A stretch of 64,000 nucleotides of DNA from Octopus bimaculoides (lineage: Eukaryota), in NCBI RefSeq assembly GCF_001194135.2, contig NC_068985.1:53775841-53839840 (forward strand), in the 5' to 3' direction. A program made the position numbers and the translations under genes. The notes under the pieces were generated by a model, which worked only from the letters and a program-made list of their open reading frames with translations, made no database searches and was not told the origin of the DNA. Positions 33,801 through 48,764 of this stretch are shown here, piece by piece; positions within the stretch are counted from its first letter, which is position 1; each line of letters begins with the position of its first letter.

Positions 33801-35164
33801 AAGTATGACTTGGAGCCCTAAGATCTATAAGGCCGAAGCTTCACCCGGTCTCCGTGGTATAGAATTGACTGAGATTACAATACTATTCTCTGAAAGGGCC
33901 GCCGGTTCGTCTCCCATCTATTATTGAAACTCCTTTACAGTTAAGTGAACTGGAGCAACGTGAAATGCAGTGTTTTGCTCCAGAACACAATGCATTGCCC
34001 GATCCAGGAATCGAAACAACGATCTTACGACCGTGAGAGCAACACGCTTATCACTAGGTCACGTACTTTCATTGTTCAATATTACTATCCAAAACATATA
34101 GCTTACAGATGGATAAAATAGGTGCCATGTAGGGGCATCATGTGGTAACCTTTAACTAGCACCATATATGCGGTTGGAAGAAGTGTTCAAACGTTGGACA
34201 CAATATCGCGAGACGTTTATTTAGTTCAAATCCCATTGCAGCTGCATTTCCCTTTCATCTTTTCGGGGTCGATTAAATAAAGTAGCAGTCAAATCCAAAT
34301 ATTAGGTTGATTCAATCAACAAACAGCATTGACTTCTCGACTCGTTCAAACAGAATTCTATGGTTGAGAATCCTGAGAGAATCTCCTTAGTGTTCCTTGT
34401 ATATTAAAGATGATTAATTACCCGCAACAGTCACAGTATTTCAATGAGGATCAGGATTCGGAAAGACATTGCGATACAAATCGTATAATTAATGGGATGT
34501 GATTTGCCCATCATTCATGTATACATATATAAGTTGCCATGGGAAGTAGAAGAATGTAGTGATACACACAACGCAGCTGTGAAAGAGGGCAAACACAACT
34601 GATGTGTGATCGGGCAGATTACTGAGATGGGTTCAATCAAATATTTATTTCTATTGTTTACTAGAAACAGATGGAAAAATTAACAGTCTTGTAGCTAATA
34701 CAAAAAGGACAATAGCGCTAGTATGTCGGAAAAAGCGATATATTAATAGTATCGTTAATGTTTTGGACCTTTAACTGGTGTAAATGGCTAAGGAAAAACG
34801 AGAAAAGAAACATAGGCAACGTATATTGTATACATATTATTTATATACAATGGTATGGTAGAGCTGGCATTTGAATTTATGATGCCAACCTGTGTATTTT
34901 TATCTGTAATCTCAACCTCTAGCCTACGAAGAAGTCTCTATTAACTTGACCGATCTATTAGAAATAGAACATTCAAATTTTGTAAATCCCACCCAAAAGT
35001 TTTAAAAGAAAGAAATGAACATTCGTACAGTCTTAGTTACGCTGTTTCTGAATAAAATATAGGATGACCACAGGTGAAATACCTTTAGTTATTAGGTTTA
35101 CTAAATCATAGATTTAATAAACTCTAAATGTCTGATACATTCAAATGTGGTACATATCACAAGG

Positions 35165-35830
35165 GTGAACTGAATCTTTACAGTTTCGTTTGCACCGTCC
35201 AATTTTGTTCAAATTTTCTATTCTGTAGTAGTTTTGCATGTTAATAGCGAAAATCGCTTTAATGATTAAGTAAACGTTTACAAAGCCAATCGAAAGTTTC
35301 CATAATCAACAAATATTTTTTAGACATAAAAAGAATTTAATAAAAGAAAATTTAAAATATCACGGAACCCTCTGAAGATGGGAAAAAAGGTTTAGTGAAA
35401 TAAAATGAAAAAGTTATATAACCTTCGAATATGAAAGGGGAAAAGTAATGAAAACTTCCAAAATGAAAGATAGAAAACAAGAAGACAGTGGCAGTGAAAT
35501 TCTGCTATGTATTCAGTTTTTGCAAGAAGTCACCGAATTCTTAAGGACCATAACCCTAGCTCTAAATCTTAAACTTAAACCCTAGCCCTACGGCTTGCAC
35601 TAGTTCAAACATCTGGCTATGGAAACAGACAAATGCGACTTTCGGTACGTCAATGATGAAAGTTTCCTATTGGCTAAAATTTCAAACTTTAATAGATTAG
35701 TAATGTCTTTATTAATTTCCATTAAAAACTAGTATGATTTTCGTCATTAACGTGCAAAACTATATCTGAGTAGAAAATTGGAATAACCCCGAACGGTACT
35801 AAACAAAACTATAAAGATTCTGTGAATTTA
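35165..35830. mobile_element. Old foldback/MITE-like element with long diverged inverted arms
   Basis: 35172-35255 aligns with the reverse complement of 35736-35820 at roughly three quarters identity by eye; weaker similarity continues inward (AGCCAAT.GAAA). Confidence 0.55.
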
Positions 35831-38157
35831 CAAATTAAGTTGTGTATATCTTGAAAGTTCTATTAGCTGCAGTCAGTCAGCTATCATCAATCGATGCAGT
35901 AGATTTCTCTTCCGGGAGAAAATGTTGGTTGAGGTTATTGTTCAAAGATATAATTATACTTAAAATCTGACGTTTACATTTGCACACGCATCAAAAATAT
36001 AGGAGGATTAACTCAATTTCACGGAGCTCACTGCCTTCTTCTCGAACTTCACATATGCAGTTACCAATATCACGCAACCTGGACACCTCACACTAGTCAT
36101 ATGCACTAGTTTTAACAATCAGAGACCTTGAAGATGTCTTCCAATAGTGATATAACAACTAATCTAATCTCTTTCAACAGCGCTTACACAGAATATAAAT
36201 GAAACAACTTAATACCCTCTCTCCATCTCTTTTTATCTAACTTCCTCTCTCTCTCTCTACACACACACACACACATTAACACACAACTAAAACTCCCTGA
36301 AAACCCTAACGGTTATCTAAAATACTCGGCCTTACAGGCGATGATGATCTTACATGACAATCTTGTATGTGTAGCATTAATACCACATACCAAAGACATT
36401 CAGGTTTAGAAAGTACATCCCAATTATTTACTGACATTTTATAAGGGAAAATATAATCACACTAGAAAACTGCTTATATTTATAAGAAAGTAATTCTACT
36501 GTTATATACACACAGACATCACTGTCTATATGTACCAGAAAGCCAGCCGACCGATAGGTGATCAACATACTTCAATACCGATTTCCCGAAACCTGTCTCT
36601 AAAGCCTTTCCAGATTACTGATTTTTCCGAGCGAGAGGTGGTCACCTTGCTCAACACACTCTAAATTAAACAATTACTACATTTACTTGATTATATGGAA
36701 TACAAGTGTATGTACATTAGTATAAATTATAGAAGTTAATTAATACTGAATTGAGCAATATATTGTGAAACGGGGTCGCCTAGTAAACTATTCTAGCGGC
36801 CCCAGGAATTTGAAGCTCCTGCTCCTAAATTATTGCGGATTAAAAGAGGTTCCAGTCAACCCGTGTCGGGAGAGTTGTTGTAAAACCACTGGCTCAGCGA
36901 TAGACTGTTTATTCTATATCCTCCTTCTCCCGCTACTACCACGGTCACTGTTCCTCTATCTATATAACTCATTACTCAAACATTCCCATGCGATATGCTC
37001 GTCTCAGTGAAGGAACGGCGCTCAGTGGTTACGATATTCGACTCATGATCATAAGTTCAATTCCTGATGATGTGTTGTGTCATTGAGCAAAACACTTAAT
37101 TTTTTCACGTTGCTCCAGTCCACTCAGCTGGCAAAAAGAGTTGTACATATAACTCAATGGGCAGGCTGATTTAGAGACCAGCTTTTCTCTTTTGGAAAGA
37201 AATTTGTAAAATATAACCAGAATAATATACACATATTAACATATACAGGAAGCTATATTATTTTATCGAAGTGAAATAATTATATTATCTTTATGTCTTT
37301 GGTTAAGCTTGCTGTCTTTTAATCATAGAGTCCTTAACATTTGTATGTAGCTGTTATTTCCATCTATTTGGATGTCATCAGTATGATGTGGTTTGGAATC
37401 TAGCGTCTATTAAACATTGCATACAATTAAATTTTTTAACTTTACAAAAGAAAGGGACATAAGAAAATTATATAATGAAGTCATTTCTGTTCATAATTCA
37501 TTAACAGTGTAAAAAGAGAGAGGAAGAGAGAAATAGAGAAAGAAGTAAACTTAGTATGAAATTTACTTATTCAGAACAATCCAACTCATGACTAAGTAGT
37601 GTNNNNNNNNNNNNNNNNNNNNNNNNNNNNNNNNNNNNNNNNNNNNNNNNNNNNNNNNNNNNNNNNNNNNNNNNNNNNNNNNNNNNNNNNNNNNNNNNNN
37701 NNNNNNNNNNNNNNNNNNNNNNNNNNNNNNNNNNNNNNNNNNNNNNNNNNNNNNNNNNNNNNNNNNNNNNNNNNNNNNNNNNNNNNNNNNNNNNNNNNNN
37801 NNNNNNNNNNNNNNNNNNNNNNNNNNNNNNNNNNNNNNNNNNNNNNNNNNNNNNNNNNNNNNNNNNNNNNNNNNNNNNNNNNNNNNNNNNNNNNNNNNNN
37901 NNNNNNNNNNNNNNNNNNNNNNNNNNNNNNNNNNNNNNNNNNNNNNNNNNNNNNNNNNNNNNNNNNNNNNNNNNNNNNNNNNNNNNNNNNNNNNNNNNNN
38001 NNNNNNNNNNNNNNNNNNNNNNNNNNNNNNNNNNNNNNNNNNNNNNNNNNNNNNNNNNNNNNNNNNNNNNNNNNNNNNNNNNNNNNNNNNNNGTAAGCTC
38101 GACGCTCTAACCACTGAGCCATGCGCCTTCACACACACACACCCACATATATATATG

Positions 38158-38216
<59 letters not shown>

Positions 38217-38827
38217 TGAATATTTGCTCTGTAAACAAACACACAAGCTGAACAAATAAAGCCTGTATATTTTATTAGAAGTAGAAGCTTCAGGAATCGT
38301 AACTAAGTTTCACCTTACCGATCAATCAAACGACTTAATCACGTTACTGCATATTCAACCGCTTGAATAACCGACAATATGAAACAGATGAACAATTCAA
38401 GAAAGCTTCTAAAATCATTTAATTGTTATATAAATTTGTTTAAAAAACAAAACAGGGAGAACCACAATTTCATACAAAAATATTACATAAAATTGAGCAA
38501 GCATATTTCTTTATTGAAATAGTAAGTCGTATAAGACTAAGCCAGTTTAGAATTCGTTATAATATACCACCATTTTGGAGTGTCCGCTTGATTATGTGCG
38601 CTGCACTTATGTGCATGTGTAAATTACATTTATAGTAATATATATTACCGAATACTGAAACATTTAACCGACGTAACAAAGGAATACCAAGTTCAAGCCC
38701 ATGTTGTTTTCTCTCGTTATTGATGCGTTCTTTATATGACGCTCTAACCTTCCTCACACCTTATGGAACCCTGTCTGATCATGCCCCGGTGGGAGCCTCA
38801 CATGATTAACAGTAAGAGCTGAAACTT

Positions 38828-38885
38828 GAACGGTAAAATTGTCGCGTACCATCCACACACACTGTGTATATGGAGAGAGAGAGAA

Positions 38886-38936
<51 letters not shown>

Positions 38937-39607
38937 ATAGGTAGAAGAGGGAACGTGAGTAAGAGAGAGAAAGAGAGGGAGGTACAGGGATAGATAGATA
39001 GATAGATTGTTTGTTGGCACTCCGTCGATTACGACGTCGAGGGTTCCAGTTGATCCGATCAACGGAACGGTAAAATTGTCGCGTACCATCCAGACACACT
39101 GTGTATATGGAGAGAGAGAGAAAGCGAGAGAGAGAGAGAATAGGTAGAAGAGGGAACGTGAGTAAGAGAGAGAAAGAGAGGGAGGTACAGGGATAGATGG
39201 ATAGATAGATTGTTTGTTGGCCCTCCGTCGATTACGACGTCGATCCGATCAACGGAACAGCCTGCTCGTGAAATTAACGTGCAAGTGGCTGAGCACTCCA
39301 CAGACACGTGTACCCTTAACGTAGTTCTCGGGGATATTCAGCGTGACACAGTGTGACAAGGCTGACCCTTTGAATTACAGGCGCAACAGAAACTCAGGAA
39401 GTAAGGAGTGAGAGAAAGTTGTGGTGAGAGAAAGTTGTGGTGAGAGAAAGTTGTACAGCAGGGTTCGCTACCATCCCCTGCCGGAGCCTCGTGGAGCTTT
39501 AGGTGTTTTCGTTCAATAAACACTTACAACGCCCGGTCTGGGAATTGAAACCGCGATCCTATGACCGCGAGTCCGCTGCCCTAACCACTGGGCCATTGCG
39601 CCTCCAC
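38828..39607 (-). mobile_element. tRNA-derived SINE whose tail plus flank is tandemly duplicated
   Basis: Units 38828-39064 and 39065-39254 both start GAACGGTAAAATTGTCGCGTACC and include (GA)n and the SINE tail. Confidence 0.85.
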
Positions 39608-41357
39608 CGAGATACATACATACATACATACATACATGTATGCACACAAGGAATAAAGCGAATCAGTTTAATGTTATGCGTTCATTTTTATGCATGTTTC
39701 TTTTTCCTCTTTTCTCGTCATTTTCCCATCTTTTTTTAAATAACAACAAATACCTGCCGTACGTTGCAGGTAGCAAGCCCGCTTCTTGTGTGTGACTCTA
39801 GAAGTTCCAACAAAAAAAAATAAAAGAGTTAAAATAATAATAACAAATAACTATTAAAGTCAACGATCGATTATTATCGCAATTAAAGAGCTTAGAGACA
39901 AAACAACAGTATAAACATAGAGATTATCACTACTCTATTATGTCACGTCATTGCACACGATTTAACCGATTATTACAAGCAGTTTAAGAGATTTGGTTGG
40001 AGTTTAATTGGATTTCAGTGAACTTCTCGACATGAGAGAGCTGACTATATACATATAACATTAAAACACGATTATTATTGTTGTTGTTATTATTATTATC
40101 ATTAATATTATTATTATTATTATCATCACATCGAAATATGTCATGGCAGATACGCACTATCACTGATCTGCTTTGTGTTGATTCTGGCGATGGTAAGGTT
40201 TGGGTGGTGGTTGTCATAAGGTGGCGACTGTTTTAGACGATGTTTGTAGCTGTCACGGTCGTAGTGGTGGAAGTGATGGCGGTAAGTTGTTTGTGAACGA
40301 TGATGATGATGATAATGGAGGTGATAGATAAAGCAACATTCCCCACCCCCAATATAAAGAACTACAGACACTAAATTAGTCATAACTGTAGCTTCCCAAA
40401 ATTACATCTGACTCTCCAAAGAACATACCCCACAAATCTCATTAGTTTAGCTAAAATATATATCACAAATTTTATGGTTAAACATTTATATGAAGTTCTC
40501 AATACAATCCACGACCAATATGGATACATATATACATATACAAGCATTGATCATGCAAGCAGTAAACGCGGTGATCATTGCTTTTGCTTGCCATAGTAAA
40601 GATTTACTAAAAGGATTATGTCTGCACCTTGTGTAATACATCAAAGTTTCAGGCAACGAATATCTTAACAGTTAAAAGTAAACTGTCGGTGGACCAACAA
40701 TGCTAGCTGATTAAAACCGCTTCACTTATATCATTAATAAAGAGAGAAAGGGCATGAACGTAAAAATCCTAACATGTCCTTTTTATATATCCTCTTCTCT
40801 TTCACATTTGTCATTGTAATTGTTTTCATCTGGTACTTATTGTATCGATTCTCTTTTGCCGAACCGCTAATTAAAAACCAATACCGGTTACCAAGCGGTG
40901 AAGGACTTCCACACAGTTTCTGTCAACTAAATATACTAACAGATCATTGGTCAACCTTCTTGCTCACAGTGATACTGAACCAGAAACCACCCGATTGTAA
41001 AGCGAGTTTTTTAACCACACGCTTATGCCTGCGCCTTTTTATAGAGAAATTAATATATTGTTAGAATATCTATAATCTTATACTTGTTCCAGATATTGGA
41101 CTGCGACCATGCTGGGTCACCACCTTAAAGGAATTTAGTCAAACGAATCGACCCTAGCACTTATTTTTATTTAAAGCGTGGTACTTATTTTAACGGTCTA
41201 TTTTGCCGAATCGCTAAGTTACGGATACGTAAACACACCAACACTGGTTCATATTAAACACACACACACACACACACATATATCGAGCGTTAAGCTAATA
41301 CATCAATTTGTTGTTTACACCACCTGTCTTCGTCTGTTGTTTTTTTCGTAAATTCTC

Positions 41358-41399
<42 letters not shown>

Positions 41400-41402
<3 letters not shown>

Positions 41403-41705
41403 AGCACTCCATCGGTTACGATGACGAGTGTTCCAGTTGATACGATGAACCAAACAGCCGGTTCATAAAATTAACGCGCACTTCATAGACACACGTAACA
41501 GTTCTCAGGGAGATTCTGCGTGACACAATGTGACAAGGCTGGCCCTTTGCTTTACAGGTACCACTCTTTTTTGCCAGCTGAGAGAACTGGAGCAACGTGA
41601 AATAAAGTGTCTTGCTCAAGAATGCAACGCACCGCCGGGAGTCGAACTCACAACCTTACGATCGTGAGCCGAATACCCTAACCACTAAGCCACGCGCCTT
41701 CACAG
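41400..41705 (-). mobile_element. tRNA-headed CORE SINE
   Basis: Reverse complement head GGCGCGTGGCTTAGTGGTTAGGGTATTCGGCTCACGATCG..GAGTTCGACTCC, core CTTGAGCAAGACACTTTATTTCACGTTGCTCCAG. Confidence 0.8.
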
Positions 41706-42999
41706 ACACACGCGCGCGCGTACACGAAGGTCTTCTTTCAGTTTTCATCTACCAAATCCACTCACCAGACTATAGGCGGCCAGGACGCTACAGTAAAAGA
41801 CACTTGCCCAAGGTGCCATGTATTGGGACTGAGCCCAGCACTTCCTTCAGAGAGTCGAATCAGAAACCAACCATCATTACATTTTCTGGCTGGACTACCC
41901 AGCGCGACTAACTCTACAAGTCAAATCGCCACCAAATCCCATCCCCTTCAGCCAAAATACAATATAAATTATAACCCTATCATTTGACCAAAGGTTTAAA
42001 AGAGCGGTTCGCACTTGGAATTTGAATCTTAAAATCTAAGAAAATTAAAGGGTATAAAACTCCGAATCGCTAGAAACTAATATGGAAGCAAACAATGAAA
42101 TAATGGTGATCTAAATAAAATGAGACTGTCACAATATCATTTCAGAAAAGAAAATGATTCTGGTCTAAATATTACTTTAAATATCAACTGAATAATTAAT
42201 ATAAAAGCATATATTTTTAAATCAAAAAGTATCTGGCACTGAAAGAAAGAACTGCAGCAAAAATACAACCAAAAAGTTTTTAAAATGTATCTGTATTGTG
42301 TGTGTGTGTGTCCAAACTATTTTCATGCTCTGGAGCTTGAAGATTGCTTGGAGACAAGGGATGTCCGGGTCAGAATACACCTGGGAACGACAGTAGCTAA
42401 GAGGCAGTTCAACAAAACACAAAACCTTGGAACTCCCAAACTAGAGTTACACTATCGAATGTAGTTTAAAGTCATACCTGGGACAAAATACAAACAAATG
42501 GAAATACAAGAAAGAATTAAGGAGAGAAAATTTCATGGATAGAAATTTCGAATATGTTAATAATCTAAAGGTGTAAATATTTAAAATAAACTGTCTGCGA
42601 AAGACCTTCCCAGGATCCAGTTCCCACTGGCAGGGGATGGGTATTTGCAAATTTACGGTATTTCATAAAGGACAATCAAGACAGGAAGTACCAGATTAAA
42701 GTACCAGACAATGATACGCCACAGAAATATCTCCCATAGTTTACACGGTAATTGATTTGACGCTGATGATGTTGGACAGTAAAGGCGTTTACATGTAGCT
42801 AATCTTTTGTCGTTTTGCTTTTAGTTACCATCATGGTTTAGACTGGTGCACATAATGCATTTGTTGTTGAAGCATTTAAAAAGGATTGGTGTATGTAGGA
42901 GGTATTTTACAGCGTAATGCATCATTAAAGGGAAATTTTAAAATTATCTAAATATAAAGAAATGGAAATAGACGTAACTGGATTAAAATAGAATACGAA

Positions 43000-43240
43000 G
43001 ATTCAAATTAGAAATAAGCTCTAAAATATGATTTAGGAACGATAAAAAAAAATGCGGAGAAATGCGTAACCAAATCCTCAGGGATTACAAATATACACAT
43101 CACACATAAATTAATACTAATAGGCACTGCTCGCATTACATAGCATATCTTCAATGCAACAAAATAAAATACCGCACATACCCAATGCACAACCTTCGGT
43201 AGTGCAGTGAAAGCACACTATGAAAATATGAGTACTGACA
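43000..43240 (+). mobile_element. Old diverged 3' end of the same R4/Dong-like family
   Basis: GGCACTGCTCGCATT..CACATACCCAA..CGGTAGTG.AGTGAAAGCAC..TATGAAAAT matches the reverse complement of 28085-28250. Confidence 0.6.
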
Positions 43241-43244
43241 TAGT

Positions 43245-45000
43245 CTTCTGACATAATCACAAGACCTAAAATTTGAGGGAGGGAGATAGACGGTTAAATC
43301 GACTCCAGTACATGGCTGGTCGACTCTGAAAAGAAGAATAATAAAGCTGACCGCGACAGGATTTCAACTCAGAAAGAAGGGAACCGCAACAATACTGCAA
43401 AGCGTTTTATCAAAGTTAACGATTCTGCCAGTCTATCGCCCTAAAGTAATGCAACAATAATAATAGCAATTTTTCTACTATGAGTACAAAGCCTGAAATC
43501 TAAGGGGGTAGGCAAGTCGATTAACTGAACCCAGTACTCAACTGGCGTTTAATTTACCTTCATGATCTGAGCAAAATGCTTAGCAACATTTCGTTTGCTT
43601 TTATATTCCGAGTTCGAATTCCGCCGAGCTCGACTTTGTTTTCCATCCGTTCGAGGTTGAAAAATAAATACCATTTAAGCACTGAGTGAGTGAATCGATG
43701 TAATCGACTCGTTCCCTCCCCTAAAATTTCAAACCTTTGTGCCTATAGTAAAAAAATAATAATAATAATAACTATTCATAACACAGGCACAAAGATCTGA
43801 AATTTGTAAGGGGCGTTAGTTTATCACATGAACTTACTGGAAAAGATGAAAAATAAAGCTGACTTTAACTCCAATGACCAACTGGTACTGATTTTACGAA
43901 CCCCGAAAGGATGAACAGCAAAGTCGATCACGGTGGTATTTGAACTCAGAACATAAAGAGACAGAAGAAATGTCACTTTATATTTTTCCCGACGCTCTAA
44001 TTATTCCTTCGGCTCGTAATAAAAATCATTGTTACCATTTTAGGCACAAGACCAGTTTTGAGGGGAGTGGGTCAGTCGATACAATCAACTAAAATACTCG
44101 ACTAATACTTTATTTTATCGATGCCGAAAGAACGAAAGATAATTTTGACCTCGGCGGGATTTGAACACTGAACTTATGGAGCCAGAAGAAATACCGCCTA
44201 GCATTTTGTCCGACTCGCTAACGATTCTAATAGGTCACTGCTTTAATAATAATAATGGTTTTCACATTTTGTCACAAGACCAGCAATTTTATGGGTGGAC
44301 TAAATCGATTACATCGACACTAGTAATCGATTGGAACTTTATTTTATCGATCCTGGAAAGATGAAAGGAAAAGTCGATTTTAGCGGGATTTGAACTCAGA
44401 AAGTGAAGAGCGAGTTCGCCGCCTTAATAATAGTCCTTTCTACTAGATGCACCAAGGATTGAAATTTTGGGGGAGGGGTTTAGTCGTTTATATCGGCCCT
44501 AATTTTTGACTGGTACTTAATTTATCGATCCCGAAAAGATGAAAGGTTAAGTCGATCTCAGTGGAATTTGAACTCAGAACGTAAAGACGGACAAAATGCT
44601 TAGCAGCATAGCGTTTGAAGTCAGAACGTGAAAACGAACGAAATGCTGCGAAGCATTTTGTCCGGCGTGCTAACGATTCTCCCAGCTCGCCTACTTAATA
44701 ATAATAATAATGGTTTTAAATTTTGGCGCAAGACCAGCAGTTCCGGAGTAGGGGCTAAGTCGATTACATCGCTCCTGTGCTCAACTGGTATTTAATTTAT
44801 CGATCCCAAAAAGATGAAAGGTAAAGTCAACCTTCGTGGAATTTGAACTCAGAACGTAAAGACGAACGAAATACCGCTAAGCATTTTCTACTATGGGCCC
44901 AAGGCATGAAATTTTGCTGATGGGTGTATACTCAAGTAGCACTTTACTTTATCGACCCCGAAAGGATGAAAAGTTAAGTCGACCTCAACAAAATTTGGAA
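43245..45000. mobile_element. Dense pile of at least 7 decayed tRNA-headed SINE copies, mostly minus strand
   Basis: Recurrent ATTTGAACTCAGAAC and ATCGACCCCGAAAGGATGAAAG blocks separated by short (TAA)n. Confidence 0.75.
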
Positions 45001-46849
45001 TAATAAGCTACTCTCAATTTCTGTAATGAATACTACGGTCCGCTACTATATCAACTGTAAAACTTGAACTCAGAACGTAGAGAATCGTAGCTAAATACAG
45101 AGGGCTCTCGCTGTAGTGGTTCTGCTAGTCTCCTTCGTATCATAAATAATATTATTGAAATGTACATAGATATTAATAAAGTCACAATAGAAAACAATTC
45201 AGTTCTTTCATAAGAAATATCAATTTAACAATGAAGAAGATAAGAAAACATTAGTTTTGTTCACTTACAATGAGTCAACGGCTAACTTGGATCCAAGCTG
45301 CATTGAAAAACGGACTTGTGTACTGAAGGCAAAAAAATTCCCAATAGACGTGAAAAATTAAAGAAAGAGAAAGACGTTTAGGCGGGGGGGGGGAGAAAGA
45401 AAAAGAGGTGAATAGAAAGAAAAGAAAAGATGAAAAAAGAAAGGAGGGATGGGAGAAGAAAAAAATTTACTGAAAACAAGGGAAATAATTTAGTTAGAAC
45501 TCAAAGTGGTGGACACGAAGTGCAATGCGTGGAAAGCACGGTTGAATGATAACTTAAACCAAAACTCTGTAACATAAATTGCAAACGGAACCGAGATAGA
45601 GGGTAAAGATCGTGGAGAGAGTAGGAAACAGAGCATCTTTTTATCAGCAGACTGAACGAGATAACATTCTTAAGTCATTGACCACAAAGACAGCTTTGTA
45701 AACAAGATGGCTGATGAATAAACACCAACATTTTATATCTCGAAGCCAGATGTTCTCTCTCTTTCTAGCGAATGAAGAGTTATGACAAACAATATCAGAA
45801 AATAGAAATAAAATTATATAAGTGCACTTTACTTGTGGGGTTTGTTGTTGTTTCTATTAGAAAAATCGTTGTGATGTATATTTTAGGGTGTTGGTGGAGA
45901 AATTGAGATAGTTTTCATTTCAGGAATTTTAGCCCAATTTCGATCTCGTCTGCTTATTTTGACAACTAGTGTACAGGAAATGAGAAAGCAAAAAAACAAA
46001 AAAAACAGTGCAACACGAAACTAAATGCTTAATGGTATTTAATTCCATAATTTTGTGTTCAAATTCTAGCAGTATGCCAAATTAAAAAAATTCCTATTAG
46101 CGTGTATATAATTCTTTCAAATTTTGGCACATGACCAGTAGTTTTGTAGGGAGGGGATTAGTCGATTATATCCACTTCCCCCATCCCAATGCTCAACTTG
46201 TGCTTATTTTATCGACCCCAAAAGGATAAGTAAAGTCTACCTCAGTGACATTTGAAATGAGAATGTAATAAGTCGGAAGAAATGCCGCAAAACATTTTGT
46301 CCGACGCTGTAAGAGTTCTGCTAGCTCACCACCTTTGGAGTGTAAATAATGAGTACTCTACAGCAGAGGTCTATTTCCTGAGTATCGATAATGCAGTCCG
46401 GTTTCGCTTCTTGATTGAAAACATTTTCTTAATCCACGCCGCAAATACTCTTAAGAAATGCTTGAACATCGCAGACTCTTTCTTTTATTTCTCAATTTAT
46501 GACTATTGTAATTTGACTCAAATGACCGTGACTAGAATGTGAATATGGAGAGCGTTGTTCCAGTAAAAGGAAATCTCCCGATAAAGTTTCGATTCCGGCT
46601 AAAGCGCTTGAGAAAGAAATAACTTCCATTCCTGTACTAGAAAAATGAATTGTATCTAATCAAAAGAAATTATTCCAATTAGCAAGGATCTACTATTTTT
46701 GATAAATACTTTCCATCTCTAAAAAAAATTTATTATTGCAGTTATTGTTGTTGATGTCATCGTTCTAATTGTTGTTTATCCAAAAACTATGACCAAACGC
46801 ATTCCAACCAAAACCATTCTATCAGACTTCCATTATTTAATGTCTTTCT

Positions 46850-47800
46850 TTTTAAGACAGTAAGGTGTGGTTTGAGGGAGATTCAACTGTTATTTTCTTT
46901 TTCGATAGCTCATTGCATTCACTTAGGAGATGGTTAATACTTTCATATCTTTTTCCACAAATCCTGCGTTTGCACTCGGATTGAGTTTTATTAATCTTTG
47001 TCTTTATGAAGTTCATTCTATGGATTGTTCTTGAGAGGTTATAATTAGAACTTCGGTTTATCGGTTCAGGTTTCTGTCTGTCATCCACTTCTTGCGTTCT
47101 TTACTTACAACATCGTCGGTTTGTTGTATCCTTCTCTTTCCAACTACTTGTCTTGTCGTTCTTCCTTCTGTTCTTGAATTCTCCTGCTGCTTCGGTGCCT
47201 TTTTGGATGCCTCTGGCCGCACAGCATAGTTTTTCAAACCCAATATCGCAGTATCGACGTTGTATTCTGCGTTCAACATACCTCTGCATTCTCGCTTTCT
47301 TGGTTGTTAAGATCTGTCGGTATTACTTTTAGGGTTGTGCACGCTGTGTGTTGTGAGCAGCTTTCTAGTCCTGTTTCATTCCGGACGCTCCGTTTTTGTC
47401 CATTTTAGAAAAAAAAAACAGAGTATCTCAATCCTGATATGTAATAATTGCTTTGAGAATATCTCCTCTGTTTAGTTTTGTTTCAAGCACCTTCCTAATC
47501 CTATTCTTGTACCCTTGGGAGATTTCCTCTAATTTCTCTCAACTAATTGTCATTTCCATTAACCAATTGTCCTGTAGTTACATGTATCCCTCATTATTTC
47601 TCAGCAATCCAATGATATCATCATGTGATAATTTTATAGAATCAGAGTCAATATTTCGGCCACTATTCATAATTAAAACTGCATATTTACATATCCCAAA
47701 CTGCATGCCGATATCCTTGCTAAATATCCTTTATTTTTGGACAAGAGAATCCAGGTTTTTTTCATTTTTGGCGTATAGTTTGAGGTTACACCATATATAA
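46850..47800 (-). mobile_element. Scrambled R4/Dong-like LINE fragments (RT segment, N-terminal-like segment, CCHC segment)
   Basis: Minus strand: DIGMQFGICKYAVL..RIRKVLETKLN (47450-47790) and CKRRICGKRYESINHLLSECNEL (46870-47010). The ORF track labels the latter +, but it reads on the minus strand. Confidence 0.6.
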
Positions 47801-48300
47801 TGAGAGATTTATTTTCATCCTGGTTTTAGTAAGTTCATAGGCAGATCTGAATTTTTCTCAGTATACTTGTCAGAGGGAATAATACACTGCCGAAAAGTAA
47901 TAATTTGTGTTAGTCTCCTTGAAATATCCTTTCCCCATATCTCTTCACTTTCTAATGATTCACTTCTACACTTTAGTTCTAATTTCTATGATCTCATAGA
48001 AATTTTTCTAAAAATATATATCATTATTATTATCACCATCGTCGTCGTTTTTGTTGTCGTTGTTGTTAAAACAGAAGCGTTAGCGAGCTGTCAGAATCGT
48101 TAGCACGCCGTACAAAATGCTTAACGGCATTTCGTTTGACTTTACATTCTGAGTTCAAATTCCGCCGAGGTCGACTTTACCTTTCATTCTTTCAGGGATA
48201 ATAAAATAAGTGCCAGTCAAGTACTGGAGTCGATGAAATAGACTAGCTCCTTCTCACAAAATTTCAGGCTTTGTGCCTATTATTATTATTATTATTATTA

Positions 48301-48752
48301 AGTGAGAGAGCAGTGCATACCATCAAAGTGACATTGGGAAATAAATATACGAAGCCCATTATACCCATCATAACAACCCATCTGATAAGGGTACACCAGG
48401 TACATACATTACAGCAATATGTGCACAACATGGTGATCTCATATCAAGATAAACTACACATGACCTTGAAGGTGGGGTTCAATTATAATTTTCTTAAGGT
48501 CAAGTAGCCCATCCTGCTCAGAAAGTCCCTGAATAAGATTTCGCTTAAGGATGATGAACGAAACCCCCATGAGAATTCCGGTGAACACATGGCTATGATA
48601 CTCCACCACTACTTCTGCTTGTGGTCAGAGATGCACATATCATCAGCTACCAAGGGACATGCTCAACTGGTTAAGGTCAAACAACTAACAAGCAGATCTG
48701 TGGTATTGAGCAGAATATTTGTTGTAGTCCATCTTTTACAGCAAGACAAAAC
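48301..48752 (-). mobile_element. ~450 bp (AAT)n-tailed non-autonomous retroposon
   Basis: Colinear with 3737-4190; sits directly 3' of the LINE end at 48765, separated by AATAATAA. Confidence 0.75.
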
Positions 48753-48764
48753 TTTATTATTTTT

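Noticed and set aside
37008-37140. tRNA-like sequence (also at 18200-18275, 39540-39607, 41630-41705)
   Set aside because: These are SINE heads continuing into CORE or SINE body sequence without a proper acceptor stem, so not tRNA genes
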